Source: an uncultured Actinomycetes bacterium (GTDB lineage Bacteria; Actinomycetota; UBA4738; JBBDTT01). Taken from it: a stretch of 64,000 nt of DNA. The position numbers and the translations under genes are program-made. The DNA lies in contig CAVUMN010000001.1 of assembly GCA_963742735.1 (NCBI GenBank), forward strand, positions 64,001 through 128,000. Direction: 5' to 3'. The notes beneath the pieces were generated by a model. That model made no database searches. It was not told the origin of the DNA and saw only the letters and a program-made list of their open reading frames with translations. Each line of letters opens with the position of its first letter. Position 1 is the stretch's first letter. This document shows, one piece after another, positions 49,446 through 60,546 of this stretch.

Positions 49446-50642
49446 TTACTGCCGGGGCGAGCCCCCGGCTGCGGGCGTTCCACGCATCTCGGACCACGGA
49501 CGCCCCAGGTCGGGCTCGGGCTCCCGCGGCAGGCCGAGGATGCGCTCTCCAATGATGTTCCGCAACACTTCCGAGGTTCCTCCCCCGATGGTGAGAGCGG
49601 GGCTGAACAGGAACCCCTGCGCCCACCACCCTCCGGGGGCTCCGAGCGGCCCGGCGTCCTCCAGGACCCCGGCCGCGCCGGCCAGGTCGCGGGCCACCTG
49701 GAACACGTGCTGGCCGTGCGGGTCGCCGAGCGCCTTCCGCACGCTCGACATGCGGCCGTCCCCCCGGCCGGTCACCGCGTCGCCGACCTGCCGGAGCCCG
49801 TGGATGCGGTAGATCTCGCCCTCGATGTAGAGGGCGGCCAGGCGATCGCGCAGGACCTCGTCGGAAACCCCGCCGCGCTCGCGGGCCACCTCGACCAGGT
49901 CGGTCGCGGTGGGTCCCCATCCCCACTGCGCGCCCTGACGGGAGAGCGTCACGCGCTCGTTGACCAGCGTCTCCTTCGCGAGCCCCCAGCCGCGGTTCTC
50001 CTCGCCGATCAGCTGGTCGGCCGGCACGCGGACGTCGGTGAAGAACACCTCGTTGAACCCGCCGGCCTCGTTGTGCCACCCCGTGGCGTCGACGATCGGG
50101 CGAACGTCGATGCCCTGGGCCTTCATGTCGATGATGAAATACGAGAGGCCGTCGTGCTTCGGGACGTCCGGGTTCGTGCGGGCCAGCAGGATGCCGAGCT
50201 GCGCGAAGTGGCCCAGCGACGTCCAGATCTTCTGCCCGTTCACGACGAACTCGTCGCCGTCGCGAACCGCCTTGGTCGCGACGCTCGCCAGGTCCGACCC
50301 CGCCCCGGGCTCGCTGAACAGCTGGCACCAGATCTCCTCGCCGGCCATCATCGGCGGGATGTAGCGCGCCTTCTGCTCCTCGGTCCCGTGGGACACGAGG
50401 ATGGGCCCGCAGTGGCCGGTGCCGATCGGGTTGATCGGGCGCTGCACGCCCGCGCGCTTGAGCTCGTCGTCGATGATCAGCTGCATCAGCGGGTCCGCGT
50501 CGAGCCCCCACGGCCTCGGCCAGTGCGGGACGACGTATCCGGCGTCGGCGAGGTCGCGTCCGCTCGGGTTCGGATGCTCCGCCAGCCAGTCCCTGACCTC
50601 CGCGCGCCGGGGATCGTCGTCCGGCGGGAGCAGGAAATCCAT
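49446..50642 (-). CDS. Acyl-CoA dehydrogenase (alpha-type, FadE34 C-domain-like)
   Basis: GYVVPHWPRPWG, WCQLFSEPGAGSDLA, LVNERV, IGGGTSEVLRNIIGER. Confidence 0.9.
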   Translation of the reverse strand: MDFLLPPDDDPRRAEVRDWLAEHPNPSGRDLADAGYVVPHWPRPWGLDADPLMQLIIDDELKRAGVQRPINPIGTGHCGPILVSHGTEEQKARYIPPMMAGEEIWCQLFSEPGAGSDLASVATKAVRDGDEFVVNGQKIWTSLGHFAQLGILLARTNPDVPKHDGLSYFIIDMKAQGIDVRPIVDATGWHNEAGGFNEVFFTDVRVPADQLIGEENRGWGLAKETLVNERVTLSRQGAQWGWGPTATDLVEVARERGGVSDEVLRDRLAALYIEGEIYRIHGLRQVGDAVTGRGDGRMSSVRKALGDPHGQHVFQVARDLAGAAGVLEDAGPLGAPGGWWAQGFLFSPALTIGGGTSEVLRNIIGERILGLPREPEPDLGRPWSEMRGTPAAGGSPRQ

Positions 50643-50648
50643 GCGGCG

Positions 50649-50700
50649 ATTCTCTCCGGACGCCCAAGAAATTGCAACACGTTCTAGTTCGGGCTATCGT
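50649..50700. promoter_or_regulatory. Divergent promoter region with KstR operator TGCAACACGTTCTA (50673-50686)
   Basis: Operator fits TnnAACnnGTTnnA. Plus strand reads TTGCAA-17-TATCGT; minus strand reads TTGCAA-17-GAGAAT. Confidence 0.75.
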
Positions 50701-50714
50701 GGCCGTAGACCGTT

Positions 50715-53416
<2,702 letters not shown>

Positions 53417-53423
53417 GCCCCGC

Positions 53424-54434
53424 GTGACCGGGGACCTGAAGCTCGGCCTGACCCTCGGGTACTGGGCCGCCGAGCGGTGGGACCCCACCGACCTGGTCCT
53501 GGAGGCCGAGCGGCTGGGCTACGAGTCGGCGTGGACGGCGGAGGCGTACGGCTCCGACGCCTTCTCGCCGCTGGTGTGGGTCGGCGCCAGGACCTCGCGG
53601 ATCAAGCTCGGCACCGGGATCGTGCAGATCTCGGCGCGGACGCCGGCCGCGGTGGCGATGACCGCGGCGACCATCGACCACCTCACCGAGGGCCGGTTCA
53701 TCCTCGGGCTCGGAGTGAGCGGCCCGCAGGTGGTCGAGGGCTGGTACGGCCAGCCGTTCCCGAAGCCGCTCGCCCGGACGCGGGAGTACGTGGAGGTGAT
53801 CCGCCGGATCCTGCGTCGCGAGGAGCCGGTCACCTTCGACGGAGAGCACTACCCGCTGCCCTATCCGGGGGGCACCGGCCTGGGCAAGCCCCTGAAGATC
53901 ACGGTCCATCCACGACGGGCGGACATCCCCATCTACCTCGGGGCCGAGGGGCCGAAGAACGTGGCCCAGGCCGTGGAGATCGGCGACGGCTGGCTCCCGA
54001 TCTTCTGGTCGCCGTACCGGCCGGAGATGTACGGCGACGCGCTGACGAACCTTCCCGAGGGATTCCAGATCGCGGCGCCGGTCACCGTGGTCGTGGCCGA
54101 CGACGTCACCGCTGGGCTGATGCTGGTGAAGTGGTACCTGGCCTTCTACATCGGCGGGATGGGCGCGGCGTCGATGAACTTCCACCTGAATGTGATCGGG
54201 CGCATGGGCTTCGCGGAGGACGCCGCGCACGTCCAGAAGCTGTTCATGGACGGCGACCGCGAGGCCGCCGCGAAGGCGGTGCCCGACGCGCTGGCGGACG
54301 AGATCTCGCTGGTCGGCCCGCCCGGACGGATCAAGGAGCGCCTCGGCGCGTGGATCGACTCCCCCGTCACCCAACTCCTGGCCGGCACCCGCGAGCCCGA
54401 GGCCCTGAAGGTCCTCGCCGACGCCCTGTCCTAG
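53424..54434 (+). CDS. F420-dependent LLM oxidoreductase (Rv3520c family)
   Basis: WTAEAYGSDA, LGLGVSGPQVVEGWYG, GAEGPKNV, YIGGMGA..NFH. Confidence 0.88.
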   Translation: MTGDLKLGLTLGYWAAERWDPTDLVLEAERLGYESAWTAEAYGSDAFSPLVWVGARTSRIKLGTGIVQISARTPAAVAMTAATIDHLTEGRFILGLGVSGPQVVEGWYGQPFPKPLARTREYVEVIRRILRREEPVTFDGEHYPLPYPGGTGLGKPLKITVHPRRADIPIYLGAEGPKNVAQAVEIGDGWLPIFWSPYRPEMYGDALTNLPEGFQIAAPVTVVVADDVTAGLMLVKWYLAFYIGGMGAASMNFHLNVIGRMGFAEDAAHVQKLFMDGDREAAAKAVPDALADEISLVGPPGRIKERLGAWIDSPVTQLLAGTREPEALKVLADALS

Positions 54435-55232
54435 CTAGCGGCGCGGCTCCCACGTGAAGAATCGGATCGCCAAAAGCAGGCCGGCAACCCCCCACGCCGC
54501 GACGATCAGGAGGTCGCCACCCCGGAGCGTCTCCGACCCACCCGTGGGGAAGAACGACGCGAGCATCGCCTTCACGAAGTGACGGATCGGGAAGACGTCG
54601 GCGATCCCCGTGACCCAGGCGGGCGCTTCGTCCCCCAGCGGGATGAACACGTCGGAGATGAACAGCAGGGGCAGGATCGTGGCGTTGACGATGGGCGGAG
54701 CCGCGTCCGCGTTGGGGATGATCGCGGTCACCGCGATCCCGAGGGCCGAGAACGCGAACGCCCCGGTGGCCAGGGTCAGCAGGAACTCGGGCAGCGTGTC
54801 GACGGGGATCTCCGCGTTGTAGAACGCCGCGCCGAACGCCACGCAGATGATCACCAGCAGGACCGCGACCAGCACCGCGTGGGTGATGCGCGCCGATAGG
54901 TAGGACCACCCCGGAAGGGGCGTCCCCCGCAGTCGCTTGAGGGTCCCCTCTTCGCGCGTGAACGTCAGCCCGACGGCTATGTTCGTGTAGCAGGCCGTGA
55001 TGATCGCGAACGCCGTGATCGAGGCTACGTAGAACGTGGAGGTCGAGATCTCCTGGACGCACCCCCGTCCCGGCTCGACGTTGACGCAGGTCCGGTCGTT
55101 GCCGAACAGGACCGTGAAGATCACCAGGAACATGAGCGGGAACGCGAAAGTGAAGAACGCGGCGGCCGGGTTCCGCCAGAACGCCAGGTTCTGGTAGCGG
55201 ACCTGACGGAGCGTCAGCTTGAGCTCGTTCAC
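54435..55232 (-). CDS. ABC-2 exporter permease
   Basis: FWRNPAAAFFTFAFP, REEGTLKRLRGTPL, FFTWEP. Confidence 0.88.
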   Translation of the reverse strand: MNELKLTLRQVRYQNLAFWRNPAAAFFTFAFPLMFLVIFTVLFGNDRTCVNVEPGRGCVQEISTSTFYVASITAFAIITACYTNIAVGLTFTREEGTLKRLRGTPLPGWSYLSARITHAVLVAVLLVIICVAFGAAFYNAEIPVDTLPEFLLTLATGAFAFSALGIAVTAIIPNADAAPPIVNATILPLLFISDVFIPLGDEAPAWVTGIADVFPIRHFVKAMLASFFPTGGSETLRGGDLLIVAAWGVAGLLLAIRFFTWEPRR

Positions 55233-55233
55233 G

Positions 55234-56151
55234 TCACTCCCCCTCCGCCCCCGCCTCGCCGCCGGTGATCTCCAGGTAGACGTCCTCGAGGGTCGGCCGC
55301 GAGACCTGGAGGTCGTCGAGGGCGATCTTGCTCGACAACGCCCACCCCGTCAGGTCGTGGAGCGCCCTGCGAGGTTCCTTCGCGGTGAGCGTCACCCTGG
55401 ACCCCAACACCGACGCTCCCCGGCGGAGCGCGGCCGGGAGCTTCGAGGGATCGGACACGGAGAACTCGATCCGCGTGGCGGCCGTGTCCCGTCCTCCGAG
55501 CTGCGACGGAGGCCCCTCGGCGACGATGCGTCCCCCCGCGATGATCGCTACCTGGTTCGCCAGCTCCTGGGCCTCGTCCATGTAGTGCGTGGTCAGGAAC
55601 ACCGTCTTGCCGAGCTCGGCCAGGTTGCGCACCAGTCCCCAGGCGTTGCGTCGCGCCGAGGGATCGAACCCGGTGGTCGGCTCGTCCAGGAACAGCAGGT
55701 CGGGGTCGCCCGCCAGCGCCACCCCCACGTCCAGCCGGCGCTGCTGACCGCCCGAGAGCTTCCCGATCCGGCTGTCCCGCTTCGTGGTCAGGCCGATGAC
55801 GTCGATGACCTCGTCGAGAGGGCGAGGGTGGGGGTAGTACCCGCGATACATCTCGATGGTCTCCGCGACCGTCAGGAACGGCTCGACGCCCGTCTTCTGC
55901 AGGACGATCCCGATCCGCGACCGGAGGGAGCGCGACCCCTTCTCGGGGTCCTCGCCGAGGACCGCGATGTCGCCGGCGTCGCGCGCCCGATAGCCCTCCA
56001 GGATCTCGACGGTGGTGGTCTTGCCGGCGCCGTTCGGGCCGAGCAGCGCGAACACCTGTCCGCTCGCAACGGTGAGGTCGATCCCCCGGACCGCCTCCAC
56101 CTCGCCGTAGGATTTGCGAAGGCCCCGAACCTCGATGGCCGCGTCGGTCAT
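55234..56151 (-). CDS. ABC exporter ATP-binding protein
   Basis: GPNGAGKTT, LSGGQQRR, FLDEPTTG, TTHYMDEA. Confidence 0.93.
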   Translation of the reverse strand: MTDAAIEVRGLRKSYGEVEAVRGIDLTVASGQVFALLGPNGAGKTTTVEILEGYRARDAGDIAVLGEDPEKGSRSLRSRIGIVLQKTGVEPFLTVAETIEMYRGYYPHPRPLDEVIDVIGLTTKRDSRIGKLSGGQQRRLDVGVALAGDPDLLFLDEPTTGFDPSARRNAWGLVRNLAELGKTVFLTTHYMDEAQELANQVAIIAGGRIVAEGPPSQLGGRDTAATRIEFSVSDPSKLPAALRRGASVLGSRVTLTAKEPRRALHDLTGWALSSKIALDDLQVSRPTLEDVYLEITGGEAGAEGE

Positions 56152-56163
56152 GCGACCACTCTG

Positions 56164-56535
56164 CTACAGGGGCTGGCGCCCGGCGAACCCGGTCTCCGGC
56201 TCGTGCCAGTGGGTGATCCGATCCTCGCCCAGCTGCCAGCAGAGGTAGACGACCCGGCCCTCCCGCTCGGCGGGAAAGTCGATCAGGCCGCTCTCCGGAT
56301 CGCGCAGGATCACGCCCTCCTCGGCGAACCACTCCATGTCGCGCTTGAGCGTCTCCTGGGCCTCCAGGTACTCCGCGCCCTCGGGACCGCCGCCGTTCCC
56401 GCCCGCCCCCTCGTGCACCCGTTCGCCCTGCGCGAACACCACCTGCCGGGCCGCGCGGATCCGTTCCAACGCGGCACCGGCCTCGCCGAGCATCCCGTTC
56501 GCCTCGTCGACCGTGAACATCCGCTCTTGGCTCAC
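56164..56535 (-). CDS. DUF2203 family protein
   Basis: FTVDEAN, GLIDFP, VYLCWQLGE, WHE..GFAGRQPL. Confidence 0.85.
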   Translation of the reverse strand: MSQERMFTVDEANGMLGEAGAALERIRAARQVVFAQGERVHEGAGGNGGGPEGAEYLEAQETLKRDMEWFAEEGVILRDPESGLIDFPAEREGRVVYLCWQLGEDRITHWHEPETGFAGRQPL

Positions 56536-57251
56536 GCCGACTCCAGGATGGCGGGGAGCTCCTCGATCGAGGTGATCCTGGCGCCGGGGGCATCCGGGTA
56601 CCGGTCGCGCCGGTCGATGAGGACGGGGAACATCCCCACAGCCTCGGCGGCCTCGACGTCGAAGTGCGGATGGTCGCCGACGTACACCGACTCCTCGGCC
56701 GACATGCCGGCGCGCTCCAGGGCGATCTCGAAGATCCTCGGGTCGGGCTTCTCGATGCCCTCCACCCCGGAGATCACCCGGACCGGGAAGTAGCGGGTGA
56801 GCTCGACCGCCTCGAGCACGAGCTCGAGCCACTCCTCGAAGTTCGAGATCAGCCCGAGCGTGTAGCCGCGCTCGGCCAGCGCGTCGAGCCCCGGCAGGAC
56901 GTCGGGGTACGCGCGGTAGGACGCGGGGTCGGAGAACGTCGAGTACAGACGACGGGCGATGGCCAGCAGCGCGTGGGGATCGCCCTCGACGCCCAGGTCC
57001 CGCAGGAACCCGTCGTAGACGCTCAGCCAGAAGTCGCGCGACGCCTCTTGGGAAACGGACCACGGCCCCTTTCCCTCGCGCTTCGCCTCGTCGGTCCAAC
57101 GCTGGGAGTAGACCGAGACCGTTTCCAGGATCCGCTCGATCTCCACCTCGTGGCCGGCCTTCGTCAGGACGTCGGCGAACAGCTCGCCGAACGAGGGATG
57201 CGGGTGGATCATCGTCTCGCCCGCGTCCAGGAACACCGCCTTGAATTTCAC
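56532..57251 (-). CDS. HAD-IA family hydrolase
   Basis: FLDAGET, ISNF, EKPDPRIF, YVGD..FDV; TAGCAT 7 nt upstream (leaderless-like). Confidence 0.9.
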   Translation of the reverse strand: MKFKAVFLDAGETMIHPHPSFGELFADVLTKAGHEVEIERILETVSVYSQRWTDEAKREGKGPWSVSQEASRDFWLSVYDGFLRDLGVEGDPHALLAIARRLYSTFSDPASYRAYPDVLPGLDALAERGYTLGLISNFEEWLELVLEAVELTRYFPVRVISGVEGIEKPDPRIFEIALERAGMSAEESVYVGDHPHFDVEAAEAVGMFPVLIDRRDRYPDAPGARITSIEELPAILESA

Positions 57252-57261
57252 GGCGGGGATG

Positions 57262-58224
57262 CTAGGGGATGTGGGCCGCCGGGTGCGCGCGGGCGAAGTT
57301 CCGTATGGCGAACCAGTTGTGCAGCTTCACGTGCTGCCAGGACCAGAACGACACGCCGGCGGCCCCAAGGGAGAACGCGCGCGCAATGAACTTGCGCGTC
57401 GCGCCGGGCGGAGGATGCCCTGGCCCGCCCTCCGGACGCATGTCGTAGGACTGGCCGACGGGGAAGACCGGCAAGCCGTAGGTCCCCAGCCGCTCGATCG
57501 AGCGGGTCACGGCGCCCTCCGGGTCCTCGTAGCCCCAGTAGACCATCGGGGCGAACCCGTCCACCCATGGGGCCAGCTGCGCGTAGGGATAGTTCGCCTG
57601 TCGGGTGGGGGTCGGGCGGGGCGTCGTGGCGATGACCACCGTCTCGGGACCCAGCCGGCGTCGGAGCTCCTTCGCGTAGACGGCCGCCCGATACCGCGTG
57701 AGGTGCACCCCCTGCGCCGGCTCCTCGATGTCGGGGACGAACCCGTCGGCGCGATGGCCGCTCGGCGTGGTGTACCGCATCTCCCAGGCGGCCCGCTTCG
57801 CGTCGGCCGCCGGCTTGTAGAGATAGGGGAAGTCCCACACGAGCACCTTGAGCCCGTGCTTGTGGGCGACCGGAAGGATCCGGTCCAGGTGACGCTGGGC
57901 GTAGAACCCCATCCGCGACGAGCCCGCCCGGATGAGGATGTAGGAGATCCCCATCCGGCGCATGCGCGTGACGATGCGCTCGGGGTCCCCGCCCTCGACC
58001 CGATCGAACTCGTAGATCCACATCCCGATCCCGTTCATCAGGCAACGGGCCGACTCGCGGCGAAACACCGCGTTGCCGATGAGCGGGGTGCAGGCCCCGG
58101 CGTCGACGTGGCGCTCCACCGGGACGGGACGGGCTTCGGCGGGCGTCACCCGCGGCGCACCCGCGGGCCAGAACGGCACGAGGGCCAGCATGAACAGGGC
58201 GACGGGGCGCGTCCGGGGCGTCAT
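57262..58224 (-). CDS. Secreted glycoside-hydrolase-like TIM-barrel protein
   Basis: Signal peptide; GMWIY, GLKVLVW, DGFVPDIEE, APMVYW, GVSFWSW. Confidence 0.55.
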   Translation of the reverse strand: MTPRTRPVALFMLALVPFWPAGAPRVTPAEARPVPVERHVDAGACTPLIGNAVFRRESARCLMNGIGMWIYEFDRVEGGDPERIVTRMRRMGISYILIRAGSSRMGFYAQRHLDRILPVAHKHGLKVLVWDFPYLYKPAADAKRAAWEMRYTTPSGHRADGFVPDIEEPAQGVHLTRYRAAVYAKELRRRLGPETVVIATTPRPTPTRQANYPYAQLAPWVDGFAPMVYWGYEDPEGAVTRSIERLGTYGLPVFPVGQSYDMRPEGGPGHPPPGATRKFIARAFSLGAAGVSFWSWQHVKLHNWFAIRNFARAHPAAHIP

Positions 58225-58287
58225 AGGGGGGCGATTCTAGAGGCCGTCGCAGCGGATGGAACCCTTTTTACGGGAAATTCCGCCGAA

Positions 58288-58914
58288 CTACGTAGACGGG
58301 GCTCGACTTGCTCGCTCCTGCGCCTCGAGGTCCTCCCAGATCTCCTGGACCTGTCCGTCGAGCTCGTCCATCGAGCCCTCGTTGCGGACCACGTGGGTGG
58401 CGCGAGCGAGCTTCTCCTCCTGGGAGGACTGGGCGGCGATGCGGGCCGAAGCCTCGTCCTCGGCCATCCCCCGGTCCCGGATCAGCCGCGCGATCTGCTC
58501 CTCTCGCGGTGCGGTGACGACGATCAGGGCGTCCAGCCCGTCCCCGAACCCGCCCTCCACGATGAGCGGCGCGTCGAACACGACGATGCGGTCGGTCTCC
58601 CGGTATCGCGCGACCTCCTCGAGCAGGAGCCGGCCCACCTCGGGATGGATGATCGCCTCCAGGTCCTTCCGGGCCCCCTCGTCGGCGAACACGATCTCCG
58701 CGAGCTTCTTGCGGTCGAGGACCCCGCCGGTGGCCAGGTCGACGAGCTCCGATCCGAATCGCTTCACGACCTGTTCGAAGCCGGGGGTGCCGGGCTCCAC
58801 GGCTTCACGGGCGAGGACGTCGGCGTCGACCACGACCACCCCGCGATCCGCGAGGAGCTTCGCGACGGTCGACTTTCCCGAACCGATCCCCCCGGTCAGC
58901 CCAACGAGCAGCAT
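58288..58914 (-). CDS. coaE: Dephospho-CoA kinase
   Basis: GLTGGIGSGKST, DAD, LEAIIHP; follows rpsA. Confidence 0.95.
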   Translation of the reverse strand: MLLVGLTGGIGSGKSTVAKLLADRGVVVVDADVLAREAVEPGTPGFEQVVKRFGSELVDLATGGVLDRKKLAEIVFADEGARKDLEAIIHPEVGRLLLEEVARYRETDRIVVFDAPLIVEGGFGDGLDALIVVTAPREEQIARLIRDRGMAEDEASARIAAQSSQEEKLARATHVVRNEGSMDELDGQVQEIWEDLEAQERASRAPST

Positions 58915-58948
58915 GGATCAGATGCTATTGGCTGTGGGAGAAGTCGAG

Positions 58949-60373
58949 CTAGGCGTTGCGGCCTTCGCGGCGCTTGAGCTCCTCGACGATGGACTCGAGG
59001 GAGACGTCGCCCTCAGGCTCCGCCTCGGGCTCGGGCTCGGGGGCCGGCGCGGGCGCGGGCTCGGGAGCCGGCTCAGGTACGGCCTCGGCCGCCGGCTCGG
59101 GTGCGACCGCTGGCGTGGGTTCCGGCTGGCTGTCGCCAGCCGGCTCGGCGGCCGCGGTCTCGGCGGCTTCCGCCGCCTCGACGTCCCCAGCGGCTTCCTC
59201 GGTGGTCTGGGCCGCGGCCGCCTCGGGCTCTGCCGTGATCTCGATGGCCTCCTCGCCCGCGACCAGATCCTGGTCGCCGACCTGGCGCATGGACAGCGAG
59301 ATCCGGCGCCGAGAGACGTCGACATCGACGACCTTCACCTTGACCTTCTGCCCGACGGTCACCACGGACTCCGGCGACTCGACGTGGGCCTCCGAGAGCT
59401 CGGAGATGTGGACCAGGCCCTCGATGCCCTCGCCGACGCGAACGAACGCTCCGAACGGCACGAGCTTGGTGATCTGACCGGCGATGACCTCACCCGCGGA
59501 GTACTTGCGCTCGAACTCCTTCCACGGGTCCTCCTGGGTCGCCTTCAGCGAGAGCGACACGCGCTCACGGTCGAGGTCCACGTCGAGCACCTCGACCTCG
59601 ACCTCCTGGCCGACGGTGACGACCTCGCTGGGGTGATCGACGTGCTTCCAGGACAGCTCGGACACGTGGACGAGCCCGTCCACGCCGCCGAGGTCCACGA
59701 AGGCGCCGAAGTTGACGATCGAGGAGACCGTGCCGGTCCGGCGCTCGCCTTTCTGCAGGTTCTGGAGGAACTGCTTGCGGCCCTCGCTCTGTGACTCCTC
59801 GAGGAACGCCCGGCGCGAGAGCACCACGTTGTTCCGGTTGCGGTCGAGCTCGATGATCTTGCACTCGAGCTGCTGGCCCACGAAGGGGTGCAGGTCGCGC
59901 ACGCGGCGCAGGTCGACCAGCGACGCGGGGAGGAACCCGCGCAGGCCGATGTCGAGGATCAGGCCGCCCTTGACCACCTCGATGACCGGGCCGGTGATCG
60001 TGACGCCCGACTTCATGATCTCCTCGATACGTCCCCATGCGCGCTCGTACTGCGCGCGCTTCTTGGAGAGGATGAGGCGGCCCTCCTTGTCCTCCTTCTG
60101 CAGGACGAGGGCCTCGATCTCGTCGCCGACCTTCACGATCTCGTTCGGGTCGGCGTCGTGACGGATCGAGAGCTCTTTCGAGGGGATGACCCCCTCGGAC
60201 TTGTAGCCGATGTCCAGGAGCACCTCGTCGCGATCGATGCGCACGACCTTGCCGCTGACGAGGTCTCCGTCCTTGAAGTCCTTCAGGGACTCCTCGATCG
60301 CCTGGATGAGCTCCTCAGGCGTGTAGTCGGCCTGTGCGACCGACTGTTCGTTCTGTTCGGTGATGTCGCTCAA
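58949..60373 (-). CDS. rpsA: 30S ribosomal protein S1 with acidic Pro/Ala/Glu tail
   Basis: LDIGYKSEGVIP, LILSKKRAQYERAWG, four S1 repeats; TTG start approximate. Confidence 0.96.
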   Translation of the reverse strand: MSDITEQNEQSVAQADYTPEELIQAIEESLKDFKDGDLVSGKVVRIDRDEVLLDIGYKSEGVIPSKELSIRHDADPNEIVKVGDEIEALVLQKEDKEGRLILSKKRAQYERAWGRIEEIMKSGVTITGPVIEVVKGGLILDIGLRGFLPASLVDLRRVRDLHPFVGQQLECKIIELDRNRNNVVLSRRAFLEESQSEGRKQFLQNLQKGERRTGTVSSIVNFGAFVDLGGVDGLVHVSELSWKHVDHPSEVVTVGQEVEVEVLDVDLDRERVSLSLKATQEDPWKEFERKYSAGEVIAGQITKLVPFGAFVRVGEGIEGLVHISELSEAHVESPESVVTVGQKVKVKVVDVDVSRRRISLSMRQVGDQDLVAGEEAIEITAEPEAAAAQTTEEAAGDVEAAEAAETAAAEPAGDSQPEPTPAVAPEPAAEAVPEPAPEPAPAPAPEPEPEAEPEGDVSLESIVEELKRREGRNA

Positions 60374-60443
60374 CTCCTCCCGCCCGGACGCCTTCGCCCA
60401 CACGAGAGGGCCACGAGGTGTTTCGGGATTGTGGTCCTGCCGG

Positions 60444-60498
60444 TGGGACGTACGTCCCAAGCCGAGCGAGTGTACGCGTGCGCTCGCGCGACCGTCAA
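60444..60498 (-). promoter_or_regulatory. rpsA sigmaA-like promoter TTGACG-18-TACACT followed by a 16-bp palindrome
   Basis: cgtcaa at 60493-60498, agtgta at 60469-60474, TGGGACGTACGTCCCA at 60444-60459. Confidence 0.6.
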
Positions 60499-60546
60499 TC
60501 GTTGCGAGACGGACCTCAGCGCCCCACCCGCAGCTATCCTGCGGCC

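Noticed and set aside
45589-49812. 1407-aa plus-strand ORF and many other long overlapping ORFs
   Set aside because: They are antisense or alternate-frame shadows of real genes in high-GC DNA; the translations are Arg/Gly/Pro-rich with no motifs.
58949-59260. EPAPEP low-complexity tail of S1 as a novel domain
   Set aside because: Acidic disordered tails are common in actinobacterial S1.
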